Shown here: piece after piece, positions 26,890 through 36,978 of the stretch
How the letters are laid out: each line of letters opens with the position of its first letter
Numbering within the stretch: the stretch's first letter is position 1
DNA from: Candidatus Subterrananammoxibius californiae
GTDB lineage: Bacteria > Planctomycetota > Brocadiia > Brocadiales > Subterrananammoxibiaceae
DNA length: 64,000 nt
Assembly: GCA_030586555.1 (NCBI GenBank)
Contig: JAURAC010000018.1
Coordinates: 1 to 64,000 of the forward strand
Reading direction: 5' to 3'
The notes under the pieces: model-generated
What the model saw: the letters and a program-made list of their open reading frames with translations, nothing else
What the model was told of the DNA's origin: nothing
Databases searched by the model: none
Made by a program: the position numbers and the translations under genes

Positions 26890-29800
26890 TCACTTGGTTT
26901 TTTCCTTAAAAGACGTATCTTTACGATGATAAACCACTTGTCTGGCATAAGGTATTTCTATACCTTTTTCGTCAAAGACTTTTTTAACTCTTAATTTTAT
27001 CTCTCGTTCAACCTCCCAATGTTTCATGGGCTGCACCTTTATTAATGCACGGATGGTAATCTCTGAGCCACCGAGTTCAAGGACGCCTTGCACCTCCGGG
27101 GGCTCAAGTACAATATCAGAGTGCTCGGCTGCATATCCATCTGCGATTTCTTTAAGTATTTTCATTGCCTTATCTATGTCACCTTCGTAAGCAACTCCAA
27201 CCTCAACGATAGCCCTCATCCATCCTCTGTTGAAGTTTCCAATCTTACTAATCTCTCCGTTTGGAATAATCTTTAATTCACCGGATAATGTCCTTAGTTT
27301 GGTTACACGAAGGCCTACTTCTTCTACGAGACCGCCTATATCACCAACGGTAATCACATCTCCTACCGAAATACTATCTTCAAATATAATAAAGAATCCA
27401 GTAATAATGTCTTTGACCAAGGTTTGCGCCCCAAAGCCAATGGCTAAGCCGATTATACCAACGCCGGCAATGATTGTAGCGGTGTTAACGCCAAGTTGTT
27501 TCAAAATTAGCACTGTGGCAAAGAAAAATGTTAGATATCTTACCGTACTCTTCAACAGCGGCGCCAGGGTCTGCTTTCTTCTCATGGAGAAGATGTCGAG
27601 TGTTACCGTGGGGGAGGTAAATAGTCTGTCAATAAAAGCAACAATGAATTTCAAGAAATAAGAACTGGCAACCATAATTAAGATAATGAAGATAAATCTC
27701 TTTATGATGGTTAAAAAGGTACTGAAAGCAATAAAACGGTAAAGAGGGATGTTCCAGGTGGCAAGTATGAAATTCAACGTCGTAAAACCGAGTGTGAAGA
27801 TTATTACATATATCAGCGCTGAATATACGAATGCAAAGGATATAACGGTTTTCTTTTGCTTTGCGAGTTCGCTCAAGGTTAAAAGTTTTTGTAGAGCTGA
27901 TTTTTTTAGCCCTTGATATATAGCCAGTCCTATGAGGATTATTCCGAGGGTCTCAAGGGATGCAAACATCAAAAATCTGGAAAGGGTTGTGTATCCTGCA
28001 ATGCTGAACCCTGCGAGAGTGCATACATAAAAGACAAGGAACGTATAAAGAGAGCCAACAATTCGTTTGTATAATTTAAAGCGACTTAATCTGCTTTCAA
28101 CAGTGGTTGTCTCAAGTTCTGTTAATGTAGATGGCATCATAAGAAGTCTTACAATTTCGCCTTTCCAGTAATTGGCAAAGATTATAAAAAATACCAGTAA
28201 TCCAATATTAAATATAGAGCGGAGTAAAAAGGGCAGTACGCCTTCCACAACGAGTATTTTTGCAGAAAAGTTGATAACGGTGAATATTGCTATATACGCT
28301 GCAAGCCCTCTGATCCATTTCTGTAGGAAGTTGGCTGTTTTTTCTTTGCACGGAATTAATCTTATATCCTTCTCGATTGAGAATAAATGCTCAGCGAGGC
28401 TGGCTATAAATTTATAAGAAAGCCATGCAATTAAGGTGAAAAGTATTATAGATGGCCCTCCCTTGCCAGACTGAAGACCGAGAATCTTCATCGAGATATA
28501 GATTGCCGCAAAGGCGAAAGCTGGAATTGAGCAGCTATAAGCAATCCATAGTACACACAAAACTATTTTTTTAAATAAACCTTCTGCATAAGCGTGAAAT
28601 CTAACAAGAAGCCTTTTGAAGTAGAGTCTAAAGAATATTAATATCGAGACCCAAAAGAATATGTTAATTCCTACTTTTATTATATATTTGATAACATGAC
28701 GTATGTTCTCCAGGTTTGAAAGATAGTCTCGTGCTTTATTGAATTTGTCAGGCAACATGGAAAAGAAAATTAGTGTTTGATGGACAAAAAACTTTGAATT
28801 TTTGTATAGCTCTAAAAAAGACTCCAATGTAATTCTTTTTTCCCCCTCCTTTCTGTAAGGAGAAAGTATTTTTAAGGAATCCTCATAAAATTTAACAAGT
28901 TCCTGCGTAAGCTTCAGCTTTTCCTTGGACAGTTCTAATCGCTGCTTTGTTATGTTAAGATGCTGGGCAAGGATGACCTTGGTTTTACCTATTACCTCTA
29001 CAGTCTTCTTAACCGTATGCACGTCAATGGCACTTGCAAGCTGATTTGACGTCTGCTCTACCTTTTTTTCGAAGGCTTCAATCTTTTGTTCCGTAGTTTT
29101 TATTTCATTATCAATTTGGGTTATTTCTTTGTCCTGGACATCAACACTTGTTAATATCTCCTTACTTGAGGCTTCTAAGACTTTATATTTTTCTTCAAGG
29201 GGTTCAGTTCTTTTGGGATTTTTAATTAATTCCTGCGTCATAGATGCCAAATCCGTAGTTACATCAAGCCGTATTTGCGCTAACTTACCCTTCAGGGCGA
29301 TTAGAGAATTCTTTTCGTTCAAAATCTTTTCTTTTTCGGTGGAAAGGAGCAGTTCTATCTCGGCTAAAATATGCTTTTGCTCAGCCAATTCCTCCCTTTC
29401 AGCAGCGGCAGCCTTTTCCTTCTCAGAGATTGCTATTTCGCTTTCTTTCTCTATCCGTTTCTTCTCCTCTAATGCCCTCTTTTCCTGCTCCTCCGCCTTC
29501 TCCTTTTCCAGCTTTACGGTTAACTTCTCTTTTTTGACCTGTTCCTGTTCCTTTTCGGCCTCCTTTAATGTTACCTCTGCCTTAACCTCTGCCTCCTTTA
29601 ACTCTTCCTTTTGTATGCCAACCCTAAGCCTCATTTCATCATGTTGCTTTTCTTTCATATTAGCAAGGTGTGCTGCGTTTTCAGCTTGTATTTTGGTTGT
29701 ATCTAACTTATCATTCAAATATGTAACTTGCTTAATATGTGCATTCTTTAGCTCTTCCAACGTGGAAAGATATTCTTTTGTAAGGTTAGACCTATCCTCG

Positions 29801-30588
29801 TAGACCTTTAATCTTTCAGCGTTTATTACAATTTCAATTTTATCCTTTTCTTCGCCCTGCTTCTTTAGTTCAGATAGCTTTTTAGTAAGGTCTTCGTCTT
29901 CTTTCTTTAGCGTATCTAACAAATTAGCAATCTTTTTTTGCTCTCCGACAACTAATAATGATGCATTTTTAATAACTTCAATCTGAAATCTTTTTGTCTC
30001 AGCCTCAGCCTTCGTTGCACTAATTTCCTTTTCGAGGACCTCTATATCCGTTCTTGAATATGCCTTCTCTGGAAGGACAACAGCGATTTCGGCAGATTTC
30101 AGCAACCCTTCCTTTTTGGATAAAGCCTTTTCTCGTTCCTTGACAATCTCAACCACCGCATCCAATAAAAACTCAAGCATGGTAGCCAATCTCTGTTTCG
30201 CCTCAATAAGTTTTTCTCTTAGTTTAATGTTATTCTTAAGTTCCTTAATAATATCCTCCATACGTACAGGGTCTTGAAGCGTTTTACCAAACGCTGTCAG
30301 TTCCTCTTCCTTTTTTCTATCGTTTTCGTTTTGGCTTTTCAGATATTCAAGCCCTTTCTTTAATTCCTCTGCCCTTTGTTTTGCAAGTTCGGCAAATGGT
30401 TTTTCATCTAACTTTTTCTCTTCGGCAGGTGCTTGTTTCTCAGTGTCATTAGTTTCCTTTGTTGCCGTAACGCCTGGCAAATCCAGCGGAGAATGAAAAC
30501 CACGTTCTCCAAACGTAGTTTTCATAAAACCTAAAACTAAAACGATGAGAATAATACCTTTAAGAGTGATTCTTTTGCTTTTCATCAT
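26890..30588 (-). CDS. Large mechanosensitive channel (MscS family, MscK-like architecture)
   Basis: Signal peptide, about 550-aa coiled coil, multiple TMs, GLAIGFGAQTLVKDIITG, VGDVI, IPNG, GIEIPY. Confidence 0.9.
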   Translation of the reverse strand: MMKSKRITLKGIILIVLVLGFMKTTFGERGFHSPLDLPGVTATKETNDTEKQAPAEEKKLDEKPFAELAKQRAEELKKGLEYLKSQNENDRKKEEELTAFGKTLQDPVRMEDIIKELKNNIKLREKLIEAKQRLATMLEFLLDAVVEIVKEREKALSKKEGLLKSAEIAVVLPEKAYSRTDIEVLEKEISATKAEAETKRFQIEVIKNASLLVVGEQKKIANLLDTLKKEDEDLTKKLSELKKQGEEKDKIEIVINAERLKVYEDRSNLTKEYLSTLEELKNAHIKQVTYLNDKLDTTKIQAENAAHLANMKEKQHDEMRLRVGIQKEELKEAEVKAEVTLKEAEKEQEQVKKEKLTVKLEKEKAEEQEKRALEEKKRIEKESEIAISEKEKAAAAEREELAEQKHILAEIELLLSTEKEKILNEKNSLIALKGKLAQIRLDVTTDLASMTQELIKNPKRTEPLEEKYKVLEASSKEILTSVDVQDKEITQIDNEIKTTEQKIEAFEKKVEQTSNQLASAIDVHTVKKTVEVIGKTKVILAQHLNITKQRLELSKEKLKLTQELVKFYEDSLKILSPYRKEGEKRITLESFLELYKNSKFFVHQTLIFFSMLPDKFNKARDYLSNLENIRHVIKYIIKVGINIFFWVSILIFFRLYFKRLLVRFHAYAEGLFKKIVLCVLWIAYSCSIPAFAFAAIYISMKILGLQSGKGGPSIILFTLIAWLSYKFIASLAEHLFSIEKDIRLIPCKEKTANFLQKWIRGLAAYIAIFTVINFSAKILVVEGVLPFLLRSIFNIGLLVFFIIFANYWKGEIVRLLMMPSTLTELETTTVESRLSRFKLYKRIVGSLYTFLVFYVCTLAGFSIAGYTTLSRFLMFASLETLGIILIGLAIYQGLKKSALQKLLTLSELAKQKKTVISFAFVYSALIYVIIFTLGFTTLNFILATWNIPLYRFIAFSTFLTIIKRFIFIILIMVASSYFLKFIVAFIDRLFTSPTVTLDIFSMRRKQTLAPLLKSTVRYLTFFFATVLILKQLGVNTATIIAGVGIIGLAIGFGAQTLVKDIITGFFIIFEDSISVGDVITVGDIGGLVEEVGLRVTKLRTLSGELKIIPNGEISKIGNFNRGWMRAIVEVGVAYEGDIDKAMKILKEIADGYAAEHSDIVLEPPEVQGVLELGGSEITIRALIKVQPMKHWEVEREIKLRVKKVFDEKGIEIPYARQVVYHRKDTSFKEKTK

Positions 30589-30751
30589 AAAATGCTTTGC
30601 TCTAAAGAGGATGTTACCCCTCCCTCCCCTGGAGGGGGAGGGATTTGTAGGGGACGGTTTAAATTGTTTCCTGGTTTATTTTAACAAAAAAAAGACGCAC
30701 CTCAAGAACTTTTCTCAGTATGCTGTCATCTATGAAAACGTTGTGCACATA

Positions 30752-30811
30752 ATGAAGTATATGGGAATTGACTATCACAAACAATACTTTATTGCAACAG
30801 TAACGGATTAA
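30752..30811 (+). pseudogene. IS110-family transposase N-terminal remnant
   Basis: MKYMGIDYHKQYFIATVTD* resembles the GID start of the DEDD/RuvC domain of IS110; truncated after 19 aa. Confidence 0.55.
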
Positions 30812-30837
30812 AATAGGTGGGTAGTTCTAAAAAGTAC

Positions 30838-31902
30838 TTAAACAACTTTTTCATAGATGACAGAAGCAGCCCTAAATACATCTTCTGGTCTAATGAGTTC
30901 CATACATATTGGCTGGTTGCACGTCCTCTTTTCACACGGACTGCATGGCACGTCCTTCCTTACCACTACTGAGTTTGCAGAGCGGGGACCGTAAATGGTG
31001 GGGTCTTTTGGTCCGAAGATGGCAACGAGGGGGGTGCCTAAGATGGATGCAATCTGCATAGGACCCGTATCGCCGCCAATAAAAAGGTCAGCAAGCCTGA
31101 TTAGTTCTACCAACTGCTTAATTGAGGTTTCACACGAAACTATGCCCTTCCTGGTCATAAGAGAAACAATTTTTTTTACCGTATCATACTCTGAACCGTG
31201 CCAGGTAAAAATCACGTTTGCATCCCACTCATTAACCATCATATCGCCCAGCCGAGCATAATTCTCCTCATCCCAGCGCTTATACGAACCAAATTCACTT
31301 GTACCTGGATGAACCACTACAGTTGGTCTGTCAGCGATGTTATTATTTCTTAAAAAGCCTGATATGTATTCCCTGTCTGGAGAAGAAATGGGGATGTCAA
31401 CCTTTTGCCCATTATATTGTATATTTAGAGGTCTTAACAGTGCCAGGTCTTTATCTATTTTGTGCAGTTTACGATTATCGAGATAAACATGACAATTAGT
31501 AAATAAATAACTAAATTCTTTACAATACCCGCGCCCAAACCCTATTCTTTTCTGCGCCCCACTAAGGAAGGTCAATACCCCACTTCTGAGATTACCCTGA
31601 AAGTCTATTGCTATGTCATATTTCCATCCTCTTAGCTGGCGAAAGAAGTGGATAATCTCCCTTACAGTTTTGAAAAAGCTTAAGGGATTTAAAAGACCTT
31701 GCGTCCATTTCTTTCTTGGGAAGAAGACCACCTCATTTAGGTCAGGGTGTCCTATGATAAGGTCTTTTACCCTGTCCTCAACGAGCCAGCCGATATAGGC
31801 ATCAGGAAACGACGCCCTCAGCGCTCTCATTGCCGGCAACACATGCACCACATCGCCAATGGCGCTTAAACGCACTATAAGAATCTTTGTCTTGTTAACC
31901 AT
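30838..31902 (-). CDS. LPS heptosyltransferase (GT9, WaaC/WaaF-like)
   Basis: KILIVRLSAIGDVVH, DFQG, HPG...KRW, DTGPMQIA, IFGP. Confidence 0.9.
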   Translation of the reverse strand: MVNKTKILIVRLSAIGDVVHVLPAMRALRASFPDAYIGWLVEDRVKDLIIGHPDLNEVVFFPRKKWTQGLLNPLSFFKTVREIIHFFRQLRGWKYDIAIDFQGNLRSGVLTFLSGAQKRIGFGRGYCKEFSYLFTNCHVYLDNRKLHKIDKDLALLRPLNIQYNGQKVDIPISSPDREYISGFLRNNNIADRPTVVVHPGTSEFGSYKRWDEENYARLGDMMVNEWDANVIFTWHGSEYDTVKKIVSLMTRKGIVSCETSIKQLVELIRLADLFIGGDTGPMQIASILGTPLVAIFGPKDPTIYGPRSANSVVVRKDVPCSPCEKRTCNQPICMELIRPEDVFRAASVIYEKVV

Positions 31903-32105
31903 TTTACTACCCGACTTCTATCCCACACATAAAGACTATTACCTTCTCAGAAGCAAGACTTTTTGCGTATGGAACTCTTGGAAAATCTTTATACAGTGCC
32001 ATATTTTTAATTTAAATTTATTTTTAAAACTAATTTAATCTTATTAATTTCCTTTATTCAAACCACTTTACGACTGTTTATTACTAATTTATTGCTAATT
32101 TATTA

Positions 32106-33725
32106 CTAATTTCCCTCTGCCAAAACCCAATACCCGGATTTTTTAGAACCCTCATGAATCACTTTGCCATCACGTTTTAACTCTTGCATTAAATTGTTTA
32201 TATCCCTTGACTTCAATTCAGGGAATACATCTTGAAAATCTTTTGAAAAGCCTTTCCCTTTTGTTGTTAAATGTTTTAATATAAGTTCTTTTTTTTGATT
32301 TCGTGATAGTCCAGCAAGGCGGGTATGTATGCCTATTTTCCCCTTATAAGCATAATAATTGTGAGAAAGAATATACTTTGCCCCTTTTGTCCTTCCAACT
32401 TGCTCAATAATACCAAGGTCTAAAAACCTTTTCTTATATTCTGCATTAGATATTACCTCTTGTTCACGAATCTTTTCCAATTCGTATATTTCTTCAAAAG
32501 AAAGTATTACCTGTTTTTCGTTTGCCACTTTTTCAAGAAAAAGAACAAAGTTTTTATCTTTAACTTGAGCAGGAATATTGAGTCGTACAGAAAAAGCGTC
32601 ACTTTTAGATAAGTCAGGCAAACCCTTCCCTTCTTTCATTGTAATTTCAAAAATATCATTCATCCCCTGACCAGAACGCTCAACAAGTCCAGCCTTTTCA
32701 AATGTTTCTGCTAACCTACGATTTCTCCAAGCAGAACGTGAAAGAATGTTCTCTATGGTAACACCTTGAACAAACCCACCAGGACTTTCTATGAAAAAGT
32801 CTGAAGGAGACGTCTTAATAAATATTGATCTTCCTTTAATTGTATAATCTCGATGAGTAACAGCATTGAGCAAAGCTTCGCGTACAGATTTCTCATCAAA
32901 AGCAAATATTTCTCTCTGAAACAATCCCTCTTGCAAAGGTATTCGAATATTACGTGAATTGATTGTCTCCCAAATCTCATCGTAAATAAAAATAAATGGA
33001 GCTCTCCATGATTTTCTAAAATCATGAGCAGTTTTCTTAGGATCTTGCCTCCATTCAAAAATAACTTCAGCATCGGGGAGTAGTCGATCTATGATTTCTT
33101 TCTTCCCAAGTAGGATAAGGCAAGCGTAATTTAGACCATCATTAGTTACGAGACTAAGATTAGAAAGCATTTGCTCATTAGTAATTTTCAAATAATCATT
33201 TCTTTTGGCTTTCTTAGCCCATAAGTCTTTCAGCTTTTGAATTGCCCCACTATCCAAGTCTGAAATTGTCAACCCTGGTATTGTAGAACAAGAAAAATCT
33301 GGCTAGGTTTCATTGAGGATTCGTTTTAACGTCATGATATCCATTTCTACTAATGACTCGCCAGCCCTCATTGGATACGTATACTTTCCCGTGGATCGGA
33401 CAGGTTGTTCAATAGGATGTGAAGGAACATGAAAAACAACTACACGCCCATCTGGATGGATAACTTCTTCAACATCTATCCTGATTTTCAACTTACTTAA
33501 TAGCTCATTAGAGAGTTTATTATGTGTTCCACTATATACTTTTGTGCCAACTACTTTTTTATTATTTCGTACACCTAATAGCAATTTACCTCCGCCTTCA
33601 TTAGCAAGGGCTGCACAATAATCAGCAAGGTTAGCATCGCTATATGCGTTACGAGCCTCCTTAAACTCAAGATGCAAATCCTCTGTCTCTTTTAGCCAGT
33701 CATTTAGTTGTTCGATAGTTGTCAT
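32106..33725 (-). pseudogene. AlbA_2 (Schlafen-like) DNA-binding + HATPase_c_4 + wHTH protein interrupted by one in-frame TAG
   Basis: ORFs 33303-33725 (LEFKEA, ALANEGGG.LLLGV) and 32106-33272 (REALLNAVTHRDY, ESPGG, RN.RLA, VERSGQG) share a frame, joined as LNET*PDFS. Confidence 0.8.
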
Positions 33726-33907
33726 AAGCTATTATATTTAAACATTAATCTAAATAACTTTAGTAGTATTATTCCCGAAATATAAACTGCTTTAACTGCG
33801 ATTTTGTTATGAACTTTTAAGACGCTTTCCGTTGGTTCAAGCATCCTCGACCAAACTGTAAATTTATGTTTAATCTATAATATCAAATTATTAAAAGCAA
33901 GCGGTTA

Positions 33908-34549
33908 TTAAGATGGTGTGGCTTCAAGTACATGGAAAATGCCGAAAAAGCAACGGCGTGTGGAGACCGGTTTTAACCCTGCATGGTGGACGAAATCAAG
34001 TGGTTCTCGGTTCCAACAGCAGCCGAGCTTTTCAGCATGGCGGTCAGCTTTACGGTCTTGCCACCTGCCCAGCCACTCACGGTCGCTGCGTCCATGCTCA
34101 AGGAGGAGGATGCGTCCGTCCACCCGACAAACCCTTGCCATCTCCCGCAGGGCAGCCACTGGGTCGGGAAAGGTGCATAAGGTAAGGGAAGAGACGACCG
34201 TATCGAAGCTCTGGTCGGGGATATCAAGTGCCTCTGCGTCCATAATCATGAAAGTAATGTTCAGCCCCAGGTGACTTGCCCTCTTGCGTGCAATCTCTAA
34301 CATCGCAGGACTCAGGTCAATGGCAGTAATGTGGCAGTTCCCGGGGTAGTGTCGAAGGTTCTTTCCCGTTCCCACGGCAATTTCCAGAACATTGCCTGAC
34401 GCCCTTTGCAGCAAATTACGGCGGAGTTTTCTGATACCCAGGAAATCGGGTATCCCTTCAACTAAATCATACCAGGGGGCAAATTTGTCATACTTTTGCC
34501 GTATATCCTCTTTAACGGCTTGGATACTTTCATCACAATTCTTGTTCAT
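33908..34549 (-). CDS. Class I SAM-dependent methyltransferase (PmtA/UbiE-like)
   Basis: VLEIAVGTG, DLSPAML, FDTVVSSLTLC, LLEHG; more GC-rich than its neighbours. Confidence 0.88.
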   Translation of the reverse strand: MNKNCDESIQAVKEDIRQKYDKFAPWYDLVEGIPDFLGIRKLRRNLLQRASGNVLEIAVGTGKNLRHYPGNCHITAIDLSPAMLEIARKRASHLGLNITFMIMDAEALDIPDQSFDTVVSSLTLCTFPDPVAALREMARVCRVDGRILLLEHGRSDREWLGRWQDRKADRHAEKLGCCWNREPLDFVHHAGLKPVSTRRCFFGIFHVLEATPS

Positions 34550-34681
34550 ACCTTATGGTTTAATCTTTGTGCCGAGCAGGTCAAAAGACTTGCGAATCCA
34601 CTCAGGATGTCCAGCCGTGCCCTCGGCGGTGGACTCCCTGGTGACGCTACACTCGACTTAAGCATATCATATCGAGTTACC

Positions 34682-36205
34682 CTATTCATTATCGTCTGCT
34701 TCTTTTTCGTCCTTTTCACCTTCTTCCTTCTCAGCAGTCTCTTCCGGTTTAGACCCTTCCTCTATTAAAATTTGCATAACTTCTTCTTTTAGTATTTCTA
34801 ACTTTTTATCCAATTCTGCAATTATTTCCTGGTAGCCCGGATTTTCGTACTGATTATCAAGCTCTAAAGGGTCTTCACGAAGGTCGTAAAATTCTTTTTC
34901 GCCAGTAAGGTATTCTATTAATTTAAATTTAGATGTCCGAACTCCATAAAAAGTTTGTTTTACCAAGAATTGTGTTTTTTGACCTATAAACTCAATCCAG
35001 AATTCATCTCTCAGACGGGCAGTTGTATTTTTCAGAATTGGGACGAGGCTTTTGCCATCGAACTCAAAATCCTGTGGTTTTTCAATGCCTGCAAGCTCAA
35101 GAATCGTCGGGGCAATGTCAATGTTAAGAACGAGATTTTCCTTATCAATTCTTCCTCCAGGAATATCTGGAACATAGATTATGAAAGGCACCCGAATCGC
35201 CTCCTCATACGGGCTTGCTTTTCTGTCTAATCTATGCTCACCCCATAAATATCCGTTATCAGAGGTAAAGATAATGACGGTGTTTTTCAGTAAATCTTTC
35301 TTTATAAGTTCATCTATGATACTCCTTATTCCCCTATCAACAGCCTGCAATGACCTCAACTGGTTGCGAGTGAATTTATCTAAATCCCATTGCCTTTTTC
35401 CGGTAAAGGATTCTCTATTTTGAACCATAGGATTGTTTTTATCGCTAATATCTTTTTCATTATAAGAAGGCGGTCGGTGATGAAAGTCTCTAAACATGTG
35501 TTTGTCTTGCTCCGCTGGCGTTGCAGGATCATGAGGAGCAAAAGGGGTTAGATACAGGAAAAAGGGGCGGTTATTATCGTCATTGATAAATTTCAGGCTC
35601 TCTTCAAAGAGAAAATCCGTCGAATAGTCAGATGGATTCTCTATTTCTTTTCCATCAATGTTGACAGAAAAATCAGTATAGCCTTTGCCAGATGGAGGGT
35701 TGACTGTAGGTTTGGTGAAGGCTATCCATTTATTCCAGCCAGGGGGAATGTAAGGCGAAATACGGTAGTACTCATTCATATACTTTCCAATTAATGCTGT
35801 TTTGTATCCTTTATTTTGCAGCCAGACGGCAAGTGTTAGTTTGTCTTTTCCACTATCCTTGAAGCTTGGCGCACCACCGTATGGCGGCTTATTTGCAAGT
35901 ATTCCTGTATTATGACTATAAAGCCCTGTAAGAATACTTGCCCTCGATGGACAACAAAGAGGGGTAGTAACAAATCCTTCTTTAAATTCAATTCCTCGAG
36001 CTACGAGTTTTTTTCGTAAATTTTCCATCGCCCATAAAGTGTCAGTCCTCTGGTCATCTGTAACGATCAATACAAAATTTAGCCGACGGTCCTCCTTCTG
36101 TGTGGCTAATTTCTTTGATTCTCCCAAAAATTTGGCTGAACAACCAGCACAAACAACCAGCGCTAAAAATATTAACGCACAAATTACTTTTTTATTCCTC
36201 ATCAT
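34682..36205 (-). CDS. Cys-type sulfatase (N-acetylglucosamine-6-sulfatase-like), probable lipoprotein
   Basis: TDDQ, LCCPSRASILTG formylglycine motif, GKY, APH, FTSDNG..GEH; lipobox-like CAGC. Confidence 0.92.
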   Translation of the reverse strand: MMRNKKVICALIFLALVVCAGCSAKFLGESKKLATQKEDRRLNFVLIVTDDQRTDTLWAMENLRKKLVARGIEFKEGFVTTPLCCPSRASILTGLYSHNTGILANKPPYGGAPSFKDSGKDKLTLAVWLQNKGYKTALIGKYMNEYYRISPYIPPGWNKWIAFTKPTVNPPSGKGYTDFSVNIDGKEIENPSDYSTDFLFEESLKFINDDNNRPFFLYLTPFAPHDPATPAEQDKHMFRDFHHRPPSYNEKDISDKNNPMVQNRESFTGKRQWDLDKFTRNQLRSLQAVDRGIRSIIDELIKKDLLKNTVIIFTSDNGYLWGEHRLDRKASPYEEAIRVPFIIYVPDIPGGRIDKENLVLNIDIAPTILELAGIEKPQDFEFDGKSLVPILKNTTARLRDEFWIEFIGQKTQFLVKQTFYGVRTSKFKLIEYLTGEKEFYDLREDPLELDNQYENPGYQEIIAELDKKLEILKEEVMQILIEEGSKPEETAEKEEGEKDEKEADDNE

Positions 36206-36254
36206 GCGTTTAATGGGATTAAATTATTAAGATAAGAGCGGCGCCAGATAAGTA

Positions 36255-36344
36255 TGGCGGAGGGAGTAGGATTCGAACCCACGGGAGACTTGCGCCTCCA
36301 GCAGTTTTCAAGACTGCCGCCATAGTCCACTCGGCCATCCCTCC
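36255..36344 (-). tRNA. tRNA-Ser(UGA)
   Basis: GGAGGGATGGCCGAGTGG...GCAGT-CTTGAAA-ACTGC anticodon arm, long variable arm, GGTTCGAATCC, encoded CCA; 90 nt. Confidence 0.97.
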
Positions 36345-36347
36345 AAA

Positions 36348-36415
36348 GAGTCACGAGTTGCGAGTCATGAGTTAAGAGTCAAAATCATAGACTCCTGACT
36401 CAGGACTCAAGACTC
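36348..36415. repeat. Inverted heptamer array (GAGTCNN / GACTCNN) upstream of tRNA-Ser
   Basis: Five GAGT(C/T)NN units followed by four GACTCNN units, able to fold back. Confidence 0.85.
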
Positions 36416-36428
36416 GTAGACTTGTTGA

Positions 36429-36842
36429 TTACAGGCCGTTCCACTTGCAGACTTCATCCAGGACCTTTTCTTCTACGAATATAGGCGTGTTCTTTTGCAT
36501 GGCAAGAGCAATTGCATCGCTTGGACGGGAATCTATCTCCACAGACTCGCCATTCTTCAGAAGAATCAGTTTGGCAAAAAATGTGTTATTCTTCAGGTCG
36601 TTGATTATAATTCGTGCAAGGCCGGCACTCAGTCCTGTAATCACATTATATAGCAAATCGTGGGTAAGAGGTCTTGGGGTGGGAATCTCTTTTACTGCCC
36701 TGTCTATTGCCCAGGCTTCGTGTAAGCCAATAACGATTGGAAAGCTTCTCTGTCCATCCTTTTCCTTTAAGATGATTATCTGGTGGTCATTTGTTTCCGA
36801 AATCATTATCTTGGATAATTCCATTTGTATCATTGGATGCAC
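36429..36842 (-). CDS. Bifunctional nuclease family protein (DUF151)
   Basis: FPIVIG..EA.AI, PRPLTHDL, IDSRPSDAIALA. Confidence 0.93.
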   Translation of the reverse strand: MHPMIQMELSKIMISETNDHQIIILKEKDGQRSFPIVIGLHEAWAIDRAVKEIPTPRPLTHDLLYNVITGLSAGLARIIINDLKNNTFFAKLILLKNGESVEIDSRPSDAIALAMQKNTPIFVEEKVLDEVCKWNGL

Positions 36843-36978
36843 TCCTATTTGGGTTGATGGTGATACGGGGTAAAAGGGTTTAATTATCCACTTAAAACTT
36901 TAAATAAATAACGTTGTCAATTTTATCAGATAAGTAAGGTTTGTCAAGTTTTTTTGCTGCGATGTAAAATACTGGGTG

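Noticed and set aside
29129..29803. 224-aa plus-strand ORF and other short antisense ORFs in the track
   Set aside because: Shadow frames of real genes (here the E/K-rich MscS coiled coil), with no motifs of their own.
36255..36344. tRNA-Sec or suppressor tRNA explaining the in-frame stops
   Set aside because: The anticodon is UGA (reads UCA, Ser) with an ordinary serine-type structure; it cannot decode TAG or TAA.
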